Assembly: GCA_017654855.1 (NCBI GenBank)
Contig: CM030333.1
Coordinates: 3,348,001 to 3,412,000 of the forward strand
Length of the DNA stretch: 64,000 bases
Direction: 5' to 3'
Origin: Podospora anserina
Lineage: Eukaryota
The notes below the pieces were generated by a model. The model was given only the letters and a program-made list of their open reading frames with translations. It was not told where the DNA came from and did not search any database. How positions within the stretch are numbered: the stretch's first letter is position 1; the number at the start of each line of letters is the position of its first letter. The translations under genes and the position numbers were made by a program. Of the stretch, positions 13,401 to 27,144 are shown piece after piece.

Positions 13401-14397
13401 GTCCGCGGAGAGAATGACAAAACTTTTTGCTCAAAGCGCCAAACTGAGCACCTCTCCTTCTCGCGATTCGGTTGTGGGCCGGAGGGAGGAATCACGACAT
13501 GCAGCTGTACCAGAGCCGCTGAAACCTGTGGAAATGGCGGGAGAACCGGCGCAAGGGCGAATAGGGTCTCCTGTAAAGGCACCAAAGCCCGCGAAAACTG
13601 CAAAGGAGCCAGCAGGACGTATGATACCGACAGAAGGTGTGCAGGAGGTAATCAAGCCTATGGACCTCGTCGTCGACACACCCCTCATTCCTTCTATTGA
13701 GGATTCTATCGAGGACTCCCCTACCCCAGAACCTCCTCAAATCACCGACCTCTCCGCACTTGTAGAGCCCGGTTTCTCGAAGCACGTGCCCAAGCCTAAA
13801 GAGCGCCCCGCTTCAAAGTTGGGGACTTCGCCGACGCGGCAATCTTCTCATGCGGAAGATGATGAAGTCATGCTTGTCCCTTTGGGTCGCCCTGACTCCA
13901 CATTGTTCACGGCGAGGATATCGAGTTCCCCGGCGGAGGCAAAGAAAGCGGTTGATACGTCGGTGCAAGAGCTCGACGCAAAGTCATTCTGCAACAAGTC
14001 AGCCACACCTCCTGGGCACACCAAGAATGCAAAGCCTCGCCAGCCGACGCGCCAGGTTGCCCTAATGTCACAGTCATCTCCCGCCCAGGCTCCCAATCCA
14101 AAACGTGCTGATGCTGGCTCCACGTCCACAGGGGCGTCGAAGCGTCCTCATACCGGTTCCACGCCCACTGGGGGTTCTCGCCCAAAACGCCCTGGTGCCA
14201 GCTCTCCACCTACCACGGGCTCTCAGTCGAGATATTTTAATGGTACCCCATCCCCAGGTCGGAGGCAGCGAGTGGCTACGAATGTAGGAGCTGCGTACAC
14301 ATCCGTGGGTTTTGCACCCACCAGGGAGGCTACCGTGGAGCAGAACTTGGCAGCGGTGAAGCATTATGAGCCGATCAATATTGATGACTCTGATTGA
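10457..14397 (+). CDS. ULP2: Ulp1-family (C48) SUMO protease, Ulp2/SENP6-7-like
   Basis: Catalytic domain in ORF 12307..14397 (RLDEGQYLNDSII, HNSFFYTSL, VPINQHFHWWVAII, LLDSLG, PQQSNLTDCGVY). Intron 12054..12104 joins the exon 11017..12053 in frame. Small 5' exons from ATG 10457 splice in frame but are less certain. Confidence 0.8.
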
Positions 14398-15250
14398 GTT
14401 GTGAGCGGTGGTTATTATACTCTAGCAGCAATCCCAAAGCGACGTTGTAGCCATGTTGGGCCCGATTAGACAAGCTTGTTTGTTTCGTTCCGTTTCTTTT
14501 TCTTCTTATCTATTTTGGCTTGTGGGTTACGGAAACATTGATTATCATCCTGGTTTTGCTCAAGGTAAGGCGCAGAAGAGAGTGGGTATTTATCAATATG
14601 TGGGATTATTTGGCAAGCATGGGATAGGAGTTTGGGTCCTGGTATTGTTTGTTAGCTGTTTGCCTATCGGAGGAGAGTGGGGTTTGGGGACAGATCTGGG
14701 TACCTATGTAGGTGAGGCTGGGGGGAAGGGTGATAGAGAGCGCTTGATAGAATAGGAGGAGTACACGGAAGGGGGGTAGGGGCAGAGAAATGAAAAGATA
14801 TTGTTTTGTGTATGTATTTTTAGACATCAGCGATGGGGAGGGTTCATGGGGAGTTGAGCAATTGTACCATTTCCCAGGCAGCTTGAAAATTATTTACCTC
14901 GTCTGTTTGTGTGTTCATGTGAGAATCTGGCCATGGGTAATTTGGGTTTATCAAATGGATACTCCTGCATGTTAGGTATACGAAGTTACAGGCGAGTTTT
15001 CTTCTCGGTGGACCTACCTATATGAGAACGGGTTGCAATAGGGTGCCTACCTATGTTTACAAACCCGACATGGCAATTTTTATGTTGGCATCTAATGGTC
15101 AAGTTTTGGCGATGGACGACCCCAAGTTAACAAACTGACCAAGATGTTTCAAGAAAAAATATCAGGGAGTAAAAAAAATAAAAAAAATAAAAAAAAGAAA
15201 ACTCAACAAGACACAAAAATTGGAGTGGGATGATTTTACTTTGATCTTTT

Positions 15251-15619
15251 TCACAGATTGGGTTGGGTTTCGTGGTATAACTGATATATGGGGCAGATAA
15301 ACAGGAGGATGAAAATGATAAAGGAAAAGAAGAATAGGGTACGCTGTGTTTTAGTATAGTGTTGATTGTTTGGGGGGTGAAATATACCGTAGAGTTTGTG
15401 TGTAGGGATCTTGATTGATGTTGTGTGGGTGGAGGTTGTGTGAATGGGGGTTGTGGGATTGAGGTTTGGTTTACATGAGTTTGGTGATGGTTTTGGTGAT
15501 GGTTTTGGTGATGGTTTTGGTGATGGTTTTGGTGATGGTGCTTGTGTGGTGATGATCTTCTTTCGCGGATGTTTCAAGAACAGGGGATCAGACGGTACAA
15601 TGGGCAGTACTATGTACAT
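15251..15619 (-). CDS. Possible small orphan protein with (PSPK)n repeat and C-terminal hydrophobic segment
   Basis: 122-aa ATG ORF with a frame-preserving 12-nt repeat and LFFFSFIIFILLFICPIY near the C-terminus. No recognisable family. Confidence 0.3.
   Translation of the reverse strand: MYIVLPIVPSDPLFLKHPRKKIITTQAPSPKPSPKPSPKPSPKPSPNSCKPNLNPTTPIHTTSTHTTSIKIPTHKLYGIFHPPNNQHYTKTQRTLFFFSFIIFILLFICPIYQLYHETQPNL
15481..15540. repeat. 12-nt tandem repeat (TTTTGGTGATGG) x~5
   Basis: Seen directly: ttggtgatgg ttttggtgat ggttttggtg atggttttgg tgatggtttt ggtgatggtg. Confidence 0.9.
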
Positions 15620-15852
15620 TACACTGATGGCATTCTCCAGTTCCTTTTCCTGTCAAAGATAACGATCGAATATATACAGGTATACAGCCAAACCAGCTTC
15701 AACCACCAGGCGAGTAGTATCGACAAGCAGCCTTCCCATTTTATTTACTCCAGATAAAACACTGTTCAATTGGGGATAAAACAAACTCATCAAACGCCGT
15801 GCCATGCATATCTACCGAACCAAAGTAGAACCCCCCGCGCCCCTCTAATTGT

Positions 15853-17628
15853 TTATTCCTCACCGGAGGCATGCCCATTAGTCTCCTCCTCCTTCTTCTT
15901 GTCAACCACATTCTTAGGCACCTCATAAACGACCAACCCACATCTCCCCTCCTTCATGTACTTCCACCTCCCAAGTCTCATCTCCTTCCCGGTAACCGCC
16001 ACCACGCAGAGTCCGTCCTTGCCTCTCTCCCCTCTCTCAAACACGGCAAGATCGTTCACGATTCCCCTCGCGAGACTCTTTTCTTCCTTGTCGCCACTGT
16101 CCTCCGAGTCTATTGGCTGCCCCAGAACACCCACCCTCTCAATCTTCTTCTTATCATCACTCAGCCTCCACACCCTGACACTCCCATCCCAGCTCCCGCT
16201 AAAGATCAGATCCGAGTAAGGAACCGTTCTCAAAGCTGTGATACCCCTTGGCTGAGGGGGAGGAATATCCTTAGGGTTAAAATCCTCCGGATTCCCACCA
16301 GAAAGCTCCCTAGGACTCAACGCAGGGTCCAGACCATGCGCTCTCGCAACCACGTGCAAAGCCTTTTTCCTCTGAATGCTCCAAAGCGCCAAATCGCCAT
16401 TGTCACTGCCCGTGACAAATATCTCGTCATCCAACATCGCGACTCTGTCCATTGACCCCTCATGAGCAGCGCTCGCTGGATTCAGCCCGGCCGGAAGTTT
16501 GTGTTTCTTGGTGTTGGTCGACCCGCCCTCACCGCCACCTCTAAACACAAGCTGAGATTCCTCAGGCACCTTCCAGTAACGGGCTGTACGATCTCTCGCG
16601 CCGACTGACACGCAGCGCTCCTGGCCCAAGGCATCCACGTCCATAATCTCGTCTTGGTGGCCGAACAATGTTTCGACGTACGCCAATTCGTTCAGGGAGA
16701 AGACCTTGACTGTGCGGTCCTTGGAGCAGGAGAAGATCTGGTTGGTGCCCCGGCGGAAGGCAATGCCGGTGACGGCGTCGCGGTGCTGGGTGAAGGCTCG
16801 GATAGGCTTGAGGGTCTCGGCGTCGTAGACGACCAGCTTGCGGTCGAGGCCGCCGGTGACGACAAACTTGCCGTCTTGGGATGCTTTTACTGTAATTGGA
16901 GCCGCGGTGTGGCCTTGGAAGGTCTTGTCCTTGGCTTTGAGGGGCTGAGACTTGACAAAGGCGATGCGCTCAGGTCTGCGCTTGGGAGGGGCAGGGGGCT
17001 TCTTGGGCTTTTTGCGGGTGGTTTGAGGCCATTGGTTCTTGGGGAGGTCTTGGAGCTTCCATTTGGTGAGGTAGCCGTCTTTTGTGGTTGTGTAGGCATA
17101 CGGAGGGCAGACAGAGACGGAGGTGACGGTGCCCGAGTTCCACCGGAACTGGATGGGGTCGGCGTGGGGGAAGTCGAGTTCGGGGGCGAGCTTGCGGTAG
17201 ACCTTGCCTTTGGTCTCGGCGGCGTCCTCTTGGAGGCGCTCGGCCAAAAGATCGCGGTCGATTTCCTCGGCATCGAAGGCGTACTCGTCCTGCAGCTCGT
17301 CGACTTCCTTTCGCGTCTTCTCGAGGTAGCGCTGGGCGAGTCTCAGACGCTTCTCGGCGGCGGTCTCGCCCTCGTTGTCGGCATCATCCGAGCCGCTTCT
17401 GCTGACAATGTCATCGTCTTCGTTCTCGGTATCGAGTTCACTGCCGGATATGTCTTCGTCGCGCTCAATGTCCTTCTTTTTCTTGAGAGCCGCGGTGGGC
17501 TTGGTGGGGCCTCTTGTCGCGGATTTGGAGGATGATTTTGTGGTCGCCAATCGCTTCTTGGGGACTTCTGTGGCTGCTGGACGCTTCCTCTTCTTCTGGG
17601 CGCCCGGGGTTGTGAAAAAGGACGACAT
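15853..17628 (-). CDS. RRP9: U3 snoRNP WD40 protein Rrp9 (U3-55K)
   Basis: Intronless ORF from ATG 17628. GETAAEKRLRLAQRYLE, FDAEEIDRDLLAERLQED, WD40 repeats, YVETLFGHQD, CVSVGARDRTARYWKVPEESQLVFRGG, GKEMRLGRW. Confidence 0.93.
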   Translation of the reverse strand: MSSFFTTPGAQKKRKRPAATEVPKKRLATTKSSSKSATRGPTKPTAALKKKKDIERDEDISGSELDTENEDDDIVSRSGSDDADNEGETAAEKRLRLAQRYLEKTRKEVDELQDEYAFDAEEIDRDLLAERLQEDAAETKGKVYRKLAPELDFPHADPIQFRWNSGTVTSVSVCPPYAYTTTKDGYLTKWKLQDLPKNQWPQTTRKKPKKPPAPPKRRPERIAFVKSQPLKAKDKTFQGHTAAPITVKASQDGKFVVTGGLDRKLVVYDAETLKPIRAFTQHRDAVTGIAFRRGTNQIFSCSKDRTVKVFSLNELAYVETLFGHQDEIMDVDALGQERCVSVGARDRTARYWKVPEESQLVFRGGGEGGSTNTKKHKLPAGLNPASAAHEGSMDRVAMLDDEIFVTGSDNGDLALWSIQRKKALHVVARAHGLDPALSPRELSGGNPEDFNPKDIPPPQPRGITALRTVPYSDLIFSGSWDGSVRVWRLSDDKKKIERVGVLGQPIDSEDSGDKEEKSLARGIVNDLAVFERGERGKDGLCVVAVTGKEMRLGRWKYMKEGRCGLVVYEVPKNVVDKKKEEETNGHASGEE

Positions 17629-17964
17629 GGTGGGCAATTTTGGCCGTGTTGTCGCTGCTTTGGCAGTCTTTTCTCACCAGCCGAATGCTGCAGCTTCAAA
17701 ATTTCTTGAGCCGTCGTTAGAAAAAAAAAGTTGTCGGCCTGCACGAGTGGAGAAACACCCCTGGTCGGGTCTTGGCGTCCCTTGCGACCAAAGAAATCGG
17801 AGAAGGAAAATGCCGGCCGCCACTGCTTCGAGCTCCACCACTGTGGGGTATGCTTGTATGGAAGGCTGCGGCTCTTCTGAATGTCATTGATGTGTTTGAT
17901 AGAGATACGGATAGCTACGAAATAAACGCTATTTTGGCATCATTGAATATCGCGGTACTGTCCC

Positions 17965-18832
17965 TCATTCTTCACCACTATCTCCATCCTCTGACATTTT
18001 GTCGGCCCCGTCTTGGTCGCCAGCAGTTCCATTCGCAGCCTTCTTGGCCTTTTCCTTCTGCCTTCTCTTCAACTTCTTCTCCCTGTTCAGTCGCTTCTTC
18101 TTCTCCTTAAGGTGCTCTTCCTTTGTGAGCTTCTTGCTCTCTTCTTCCTTGCGCTTCTGTTCCCTGATTCGAAGCTTGATCCTGGTCTTCTTTCCTGGCC
18201 TCTTTTTCTTCTTATCTCCCTCTTCTACAATCTTGCCTCCAGCAGTCATTGTTGTGGGTTTTTTGGTGGCCACAATCTCAATCTTCGTCACCCTCCATGG
18301 TACCTCTAGACCCCACGCTCTTTGTTTCGATAGCGCCAGAATGTCTTGGGCCGACATGGCGGAGTGTCGTATTTGCTCTTGCTGTTCGGGGGTGAGGGGC
18401 TCTTGTATGTAATAACTGAGAGGCCGTTCTTTGAAGGGTATTTCCTCTGTTGAGGCCTGTAGCTCATCCTCTTTCGGCGCAAGCACTACTTTTTGTGTTG
18501 GTGCTGATGAGAAGAGCCGGAACGAAAATTCTTCTTCTTGGTTCTCTTCATTTTCTAGTGGTGGTTGTGTCTCTTGGTCTGCATCGGCCATGGAGACATC
18601 ACCCTCGGCCTCATGTTGTGGTGGCGCAGCGAGGTTGATGGCTAAGAGACTTGAGAGTTTTTGCCGGAGAAGGCTGGCATCTTGTTCTGAAGATATATAC
18701 CTGTGCACTTCCCCCTCGTCAGAAGACGAGTAGAGGTCTTCCCTCCTCACTCTGATACGAAAATATGTTAGCGCATGTATGAGAGAGTGTGAATGAAGGG
18801 GCCTACCGTTTGGCATCTGGAACCTCGAACAT
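17965..18832 (-). CDS. DUF2011-like fungal protein, Lys-rich C-terminus (probably nucleolar)
   Basis: Exon 1 MFEVPDAKR, intron 18752..18806, then VRREDL...EEFSFRLFS...AWGLEVPWRV...KKRPGKKTRI...EEHLKEKKKRLNREKKLKRR. Confidence 0.75.
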
Positions 18833-19090
18833 GGTCGAATTGACACAATCGATGAAAGAATTAAGAAGTGGGACACTTGAGAGATGAGACTAATGAACGG
18901 GGCAGAGTTGAGTGTATTGACTGAGATTGTTATAGGTGACTTGAGTTTATGCTTCTGTGAGAGGTTCAAAATGAGAGAGGCCATTGAGAGCTCAAAAAAT
19001 CGATATGCGACAGGTGGTCAGTGCTCCAACATAGGAAGGCTGAAGGTGCCCCGCAAATTCAACTCCCAAGGTGCGCGTTCCCGCCTGCCT

Positions 19091-19116
19091 AGCTCCAGCC
19101 CGCCATACCCAGCTCC
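19091..19116 (-). promoter_or_regulatory. Two GGAGCT elements, candidate Rpn4-type proteasome regulon sites
   Basis: AGCTCC at 19091..19096 and 19111..19116, ~100-125 nt upstream of the proteasome beta-4 start. GGAGCT is the motif I recall for Neurospora proteasome promoters. Confidence 0.45.
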
Positions 19117-19216
19117 ATCCATGACCCCCAGCACCAGCATCAAGCAACCTTCGACGCTCACCTAACGTCCCAACCAACGCACCACATCTACAAATTCACG
19201 CCACAGCAGAGACAAA

Positions 19217-19997
19217 ATGTACGTCGCATCTACCCATCCTATAGAGCACGCCCATCATTGACACTTTCTAGGGAGGTTCTACTGGGCATTACGGGCAAGG
19301 ACTTTACGCTGATCGCCGCGTCGAAGGCGGCCATGCGTGGAGCTACCATCCTCAAGGCGTCCGACGACAAGACAAGACAGTTGAACAAGCACACACTCAT
19401 GGCCTACTCTGGCGAGGCTGGTGATACCGGTCAGTCACCACAGTGTTCATGTACACCTTCCGGCAGCATGCTGACAGAACCCCACAGTCCAGTTTGCCGA
19501 TTACATCCAAGCCAACGCCCAGCTCTACTCGATGCGCAACGAGTCGGACCTTTCTCCATCAGCTCTTGCTCACTTTGTCCGCGGTGAACTTGCTACGAGT
19601 CTTCGGTCGAGAAATCCATACAACGTAAACCTTCTTTTGGGTGGCGTTGACCCCATCACACACAAGTCTAGCCTGTACTGGTTGGACTACCTTGCGTCGC
19701 TCGCCCCCGTCCCATATGCTGCCCACGGTTATGCTCAGTATGATGGAATCCAATTCCAAACCCTATATCACCCCACTAACAATATGCCTTCTTAGATACT
19801 ACTGCCTTTCTATCCTGGATAAGCACCACCACCCCGACATCACCCTCGGCCAAGGCATCAAACTTCTCACACTATGCGTCGACGAGCTCAAGAGAAGACT
19901 ACCGATAGACTTCAAGGGGATGACGGTCAAGGCAGTGACCAAGGACGGCGTGGTAGATATCCAGTTTGATGACGACAAGGTGGTGAAGGCTGCTTGA
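19217..19997 (+). CDS. PRE1: 20S proteasome subunit beta-4 (Pre1/PSMB2)
   Basis: Introns 19219..19271 (splits AT^G), 19430..19487 and 19738..19795 give [36 protein letters not shown]...[16 protein letters not shown]...[16 protein letters not shown]...[19 protein letters not shown]. Confidence 0.95.
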
Positions 19998-21637
19998 TTT
20001 AATGGGTTGCATTTGGAGTCTCGTGGGGGATTTCTCGGTGTATAATACCTGGCACGGACGATGCATGCATTCAATGGGATTTTAGAATTCAGGTTCTGGT
20101 TGGCACATGACTTGCCAGAGTTCAAGGTGACTTGGTGGTTTCGTCTCCTGATGCCTCAAATGCTTCGGATTTGGCCCCTGACTGGCAAGAGTGGTTACAT
20201 CCGGAAGCTAGTCAAGTCGATCATACTTGAGTACACTTGGCTGGGGTGCGTAGAATGACGCTGACACGGGCAGTAATGAGGAAATCTCCTATTTTGACCT
20301 GTGTTTGCTCTATTCCCACAGTCCTCTGCAAGACAAGCAGAGTGGGGGCACACCCAACCACAACAGACGGTTTGACACGCTGCAGACTTGGTTTGGCACC
20401 ATTTCTGGCCGATAGGGCGGTGAGAGGGTGAAGAGCCAATCCAAAGCACCTTCCCCGCGCTCAAAGAAGCCTTCGACTTTGTTGAGTGAGGCGGTGAGGC
20501 CGGGTTGCACGAATGCCCCCAAGCCCAAGCCACTCATCGTAACCCTCTGTTAGTGTAATGATGGCCGATGGCTGATGGCATCAGGGAAGGGGTTGCTCCT
20601 GATCTGTTGCCCCGTTCCCGAAAGGGCCCCGCATGCTGTTTGGTCGGGTGCGTGCCAGACGTGCCAGACACTTCCAACTGACTCAAGAGACAACTGTCCG
20701 CCGGCGGGTTCCTGCGTTGAAAGGAGAGAGATGGGAGGCATGTTTGGTGTCTGACTCTCTGAAGGAAGGCCAAACAGCCGTGACAGCCACTCGGCATGTC
20801 CAACAGGATCCCACCACTGCCCACTTGGAAGCCCCGTCCAGCCGTCGTCTGATGATGTTGACGAGAACAGACTTTGTGGAAATTAGAGATACCTTTGCGC
20901 AAGACAAGAAGGGATTGACAGTCACCAACTTAAGCCGGAACCCTTTATGTGACGTATGTTGCCACCGGAACACAAGTAGCAACCTATCTAATCAGTAGAG
21001 GAAGACATCGTCGGCTTAAGGGTTGGATCATCTTGCCCCACCAAGCGATTGCTTAGCAATTCTCTAACTGGCAGAAGGGGAAGGCGCTGAGTGGGTAGCA
21101 GTGCCAGGTTGGGGGCAACCTGTGGGTGGTTGCTGGCTGCTGCGGGCGTGAGTGGCACAAAGTGGGTCCCCCAGCACAGGATCCAAAACTCTTTTCTTTC
21201 TCGGGTCCCTCACTTTTCTCCTCTCCTGAAAAATCTTACCCTTTTCCTCCCCCACCCATCTCTGGATTTCTCTAATCCATCCCGCATCTCATCTCACTGT
21301 GCTTTTCCCTTTGGAATTGTCTTTCCTTTTTTTTCTTTTTAAGGATCTGTTTTTGCAGGTACTTTGAAAAGGATCGCATAGGAAGCATCACACACGCTCC
21401 CTCTCTTCGTAATACCTGGTTGTTACGAGCCACGCGAGCCACCTCGAAAAGTCGCAGGAAACCACTTAATTTCGCGCTTTCTCTGAGCCCAACCAATATT
21501 CTCTCGATTTCTTCGTCTTTTCGACTTTGATTTTTCCTCACTACTCTCATTTGAACAATCGCGTTCGTCTGAGCCCAACGATCAGAAAATAATCCCGACT
21601 TTTTATTCGCCTACCGACTGAAATAACCTCAGCAAAT

Positions 21638-23789
<2,152 letters not shown>

Positions 23790-25291
23790 ATATACCACTT
23801 CACGTCGTGAATCACCTCAACACCCACTTTTACATCATTGGCATCCGGCACTGCATCGTTCAGCACTGCATGGTTTACCAAGGATTCTGTCTCGCTTTTG
23901 TTTTGTTCTTTTATTGTTTGGCACATGGAATTGTTATGCGGCGATCATGACTTTCATTCTTTCGCAACCCAGCAGGGATCGAGTCCGATGGTTTTTTCGA
24001 GTTTGACGATGGAGATCGGGCTTTCCCTACTCGATACAGAACCACACGTTCGACGATTTGATACCCTTTTAGACCGCATTATTCGGAAGTCGACAACTCG
24101 ACCGCGAGTGCATTCACATGCCACACGCGGCATACATATGCGGTTTCGGTTTTCGGCTGGTGTAATCTAGTCATCATTTTCCTGCTCTTGCCTTGCATTT
24201 CCGGCAGGGCACGAAGTTCACATTAGAGATGGGAGGCATGGGCGCCGCTGGCCTTTTCGATTTTCTGTTTTTCAATTTCTTCACTTGACGACCATCACAC
24301 ATAGACAAAAGTGGATTTCTCGGTTCTTTTTCTCTGGCCGGTTTCAGCAACGGTACCGGCAGGAGATGGGTCTTACAACAACAAAAACGGGACCTTTCAA
24401 AAGATTAGAATTCCATTTTTTTCGGCAGTTTGAGGACTGGGAGCAGGTTAATGGAGCATTTGATACCCCTTTGAAGATGGAACTCTGACGACGGATGGGG
24501 GCTACAAAAATGCTTGTGGCTCTCCTCTATTCAGAGCGTTTGGCATTGGCACGGCCGGTCGCAAAAAAGACATCGGGCACGAAGCGCAACGGACATTGTG
24601 CGCAAGGAGCGCCTGGGATTTTGCGGAAGGCTAAAAGGGGGATTGGCACGAATCTGAATTCTACTCGGACAGTGGCGGCTGTTCCCGCTCGGAGGCTCGA
24701 GACAAGACAAATCGTCTATGTATAATGGAGTCCAAATTAAAATCCATTTTTTACACCAAACAGTTGTGATTGTGTGTAATGTGTGTGATGTTTTGATGTG
24801 TCTCATGACTTGTGAAAGAAAATGAGGTCTGAATACGTGTAAGAGTCTTGTGATCTTGTGGAAGGTAATGATCGTGATGTTTGATAGACCTGATATCGGA
24901 TGGTTTTGTATCCGTACATGACTGGGATAGTTTCTGGTTACGATAGCTGGTATTTGACATGTGCACATGATGAATAGTTATGAATATCCAGTTCCCTGTT
25001 TTCCATTTTTGTTCTCCTATTTGACAACTCTGCCAGACAGCCTCCCATCTGTCCCTGGACCAGCTGAACCTTTGCCCTCTCCTTTTCGCTTCCTAGGTCC
25101 AGTAACCGCTAGTTTTTGTGTAAACTACTCATAGTGATTCTGGTTCGTCTGTCGTAACCCTCGTGGGTCTCTATACAATATCCCATGCCATGTCCAGCCT
25201 ATCCACAATCCCACTCCCAAAAAAGCTATTACACTTGTACACAGCAACACCCCAAACACTACTACAGCAACGTCCCACACCATACAAAAAA

Positions 25292-26948
25292 TCAAGTCGT
25301 CAACTCCTCCAATATCCCCTCCAACTCCTCCTTCCCAAACGGCAAACTCAACAGCTCCGTCCCCAACGCGTCCTTGTGACTAGTAATAATCTGATGATCG
25401 TGAAACCTATTTTTTTTTCTCTTGTCAGCATATCACACCCGATTTCATCTCAGAATAAAATACGTACTCCTTCAACAACGTCCTAAACGCCATCTCACTA
25501 CTACAGATAAACTCCTCCACCGCCTTGTTATACACCATCCTATACTCCACACTGATCTCCTCTCCTTGCCCCTGACCCTGACCATCACCCTCATCCGCAC
25601 ATAAAACCTCCCCAACCAGCAGTCTAAACAAGCTCTTTGCATTCTCCGGCAGCGACCTCAACACAAACGCCACTCCCTCCTTCCCCCCCACCCGTCGAGT
25701 CTTCCGACCCAAGAGTTCATGCACCGAGTCGACAACCTCCATTTCAGAGGGGGAGTACGAACAAAAAGTGGTGCAGTCATGGTAGAGAAACCGAAAGTTT
25801 GTGCCGACTGCCGAGTCCCATAGTAGGGCAAAATCAGGGGAGTCGGTTGTGCAGCAGAGGTAGACTTGTGCGTGAGAGGCAAGGGTGGAGATTATCGACT
25901 GAAAGGACCCCTTGCGGAGATGGGGGGAGGAGACAGAGTTTAGGAGGATGGTCAAGGTTGTGTTTGGGTGGGTTGTTAGATAGGAGAGGATACCCGGGAG
26001 GGTGGTTGTTGGGGAGGATACTGCTGAGGCGAGGGAGCAGAGGAGTTCTCTGATGGTGATGGAGGGGGTGTACCCGTTTATTATGACGATTTTGTTGGCT
26101 TGACCCAAGGAGCAAGGGGGGTGTGAGGAGAGGTATGTAGCGAATTTGTGGAGGATTTGACGTTTGGAGCCGTAGCCGTAGAGGCAGAGGGAGAAGGACT
26201 GGGAGAGTTCAAAGGCCCATTGGGGGAAGGAGGATACGTGGAGGGAGGCGAGGTGGGTGATGTCGGTTTTGTGGGGGTTGGCGGACGAGAGGTCGCGGGA
26301 GAGGGAGAAGTATTCGTCGTGGGTGAGGAGTTGGAGGGAGGACAGGGTGTTGTTGGAGGTTTTGGAAAGCCCGGGTTTGTTTTGGAAGAAGTATTGCTCG
26401 TGAGGGGGGAGATCGCGGGGGGGTGTGGGGGAGCGTTTTCGGGTTCTGGTTGTGGTGGTTTTGCGTTTTCGGCCGGGGGCGAATTTGGAGGGTGTTGTTG
26501 TCGGTTCGGTTTCTCCGTTTAGATTCTCTTCTTCTCCTTCTTCGTCTTCTTCGTCTTCTTCGTCTTCGCTGGATTCGTAGATTTCTCTTGCTATGTCCCC
26601 TTCTTCGGCTTCATCGTCGCTGATGGCGCCGCTTATCACACGGTCGACGAGGGCCCTGGCGCTTTTCCGTCTGGCGGATCTGTCTGCGTTATTCTTCCTG
26701 CTTGGTGTGTCTATCCCGTTGAGACCATTGAGTTTTATTGGTGTCGCTACTGTTTTCTTCAGCCTCGAGGCTGAGGGCGTACTGACGGTGGCATCGTCTG
26801 TGTCAGCGGCTGCTGTGGCGGCATGACGTCGTCGTTTCGGTGGCTCAATTTCGTCTTCTTCTGGGATTTCGTAAGGATCGGTAGTTGCTGGTCGTTTTCG
26901 GGGTACCCTAGCGGCAGCTTTCTGATTTGTGGTCTTTTTTGGGGGCAT
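25292..26948 (-). CDS. ORC2: Origin recognition complex subunit 2
   Basis: ATG 26948 (MPPKKTT). ADRSARRKSAR, FPQWAFELSQSFSLCLYGYGSKRQIL, VIINGY, FLYHDCTTF, VLRSLPENAKSLFRLL, FICSSEMAFRTLLKE. Intron 25407..25467 leads to FHDHQII...ELEGILEELTT*. Confidence 0.93.
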
Positions 26949-27006
26949 TTTTTGTTCTTGGCGGATATGTGATGGATGATAATCCTTTGGTGGTAGTTTA
27001 ATGGAG

Positions 27007-27032
27007 ACGCGCCCAGGGTTCAATTGACGCGA
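27007..27032. promoter_or_regulatory. Two ACGCG (MCB-like) cell-cycle elements in the ORC2/GEP4 divergent promoter
   Basis: ACGCG at 27007..27011 and 27027..27031 within a 196-bp intergenic region upstream of a replication gene. Confidence 0.5.
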
Positions 27033-27144
27033 CTTTTGATGTGGCCCGAGCTCCCCCTCTGTATCATCCCAGGGGTTCTTTGCACGGACTCTCAGTGACG
27101 TATTTGCTATAACCTCTAAGAACCGCCCTCTCGACATTTTTAAC

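Noticed and set aside
16654..17535. 293-aa ORF antisense to RRP9
   Set aside because: Shadow ORF from biased codon usage on the opposite strand; no motifs.
20000..21630. Short ORFs between PRE1 and DED1
   Set aside because: No motifs or splice-consistent model; better explained as DED1 promoter and long pyrimidine-rich leader.
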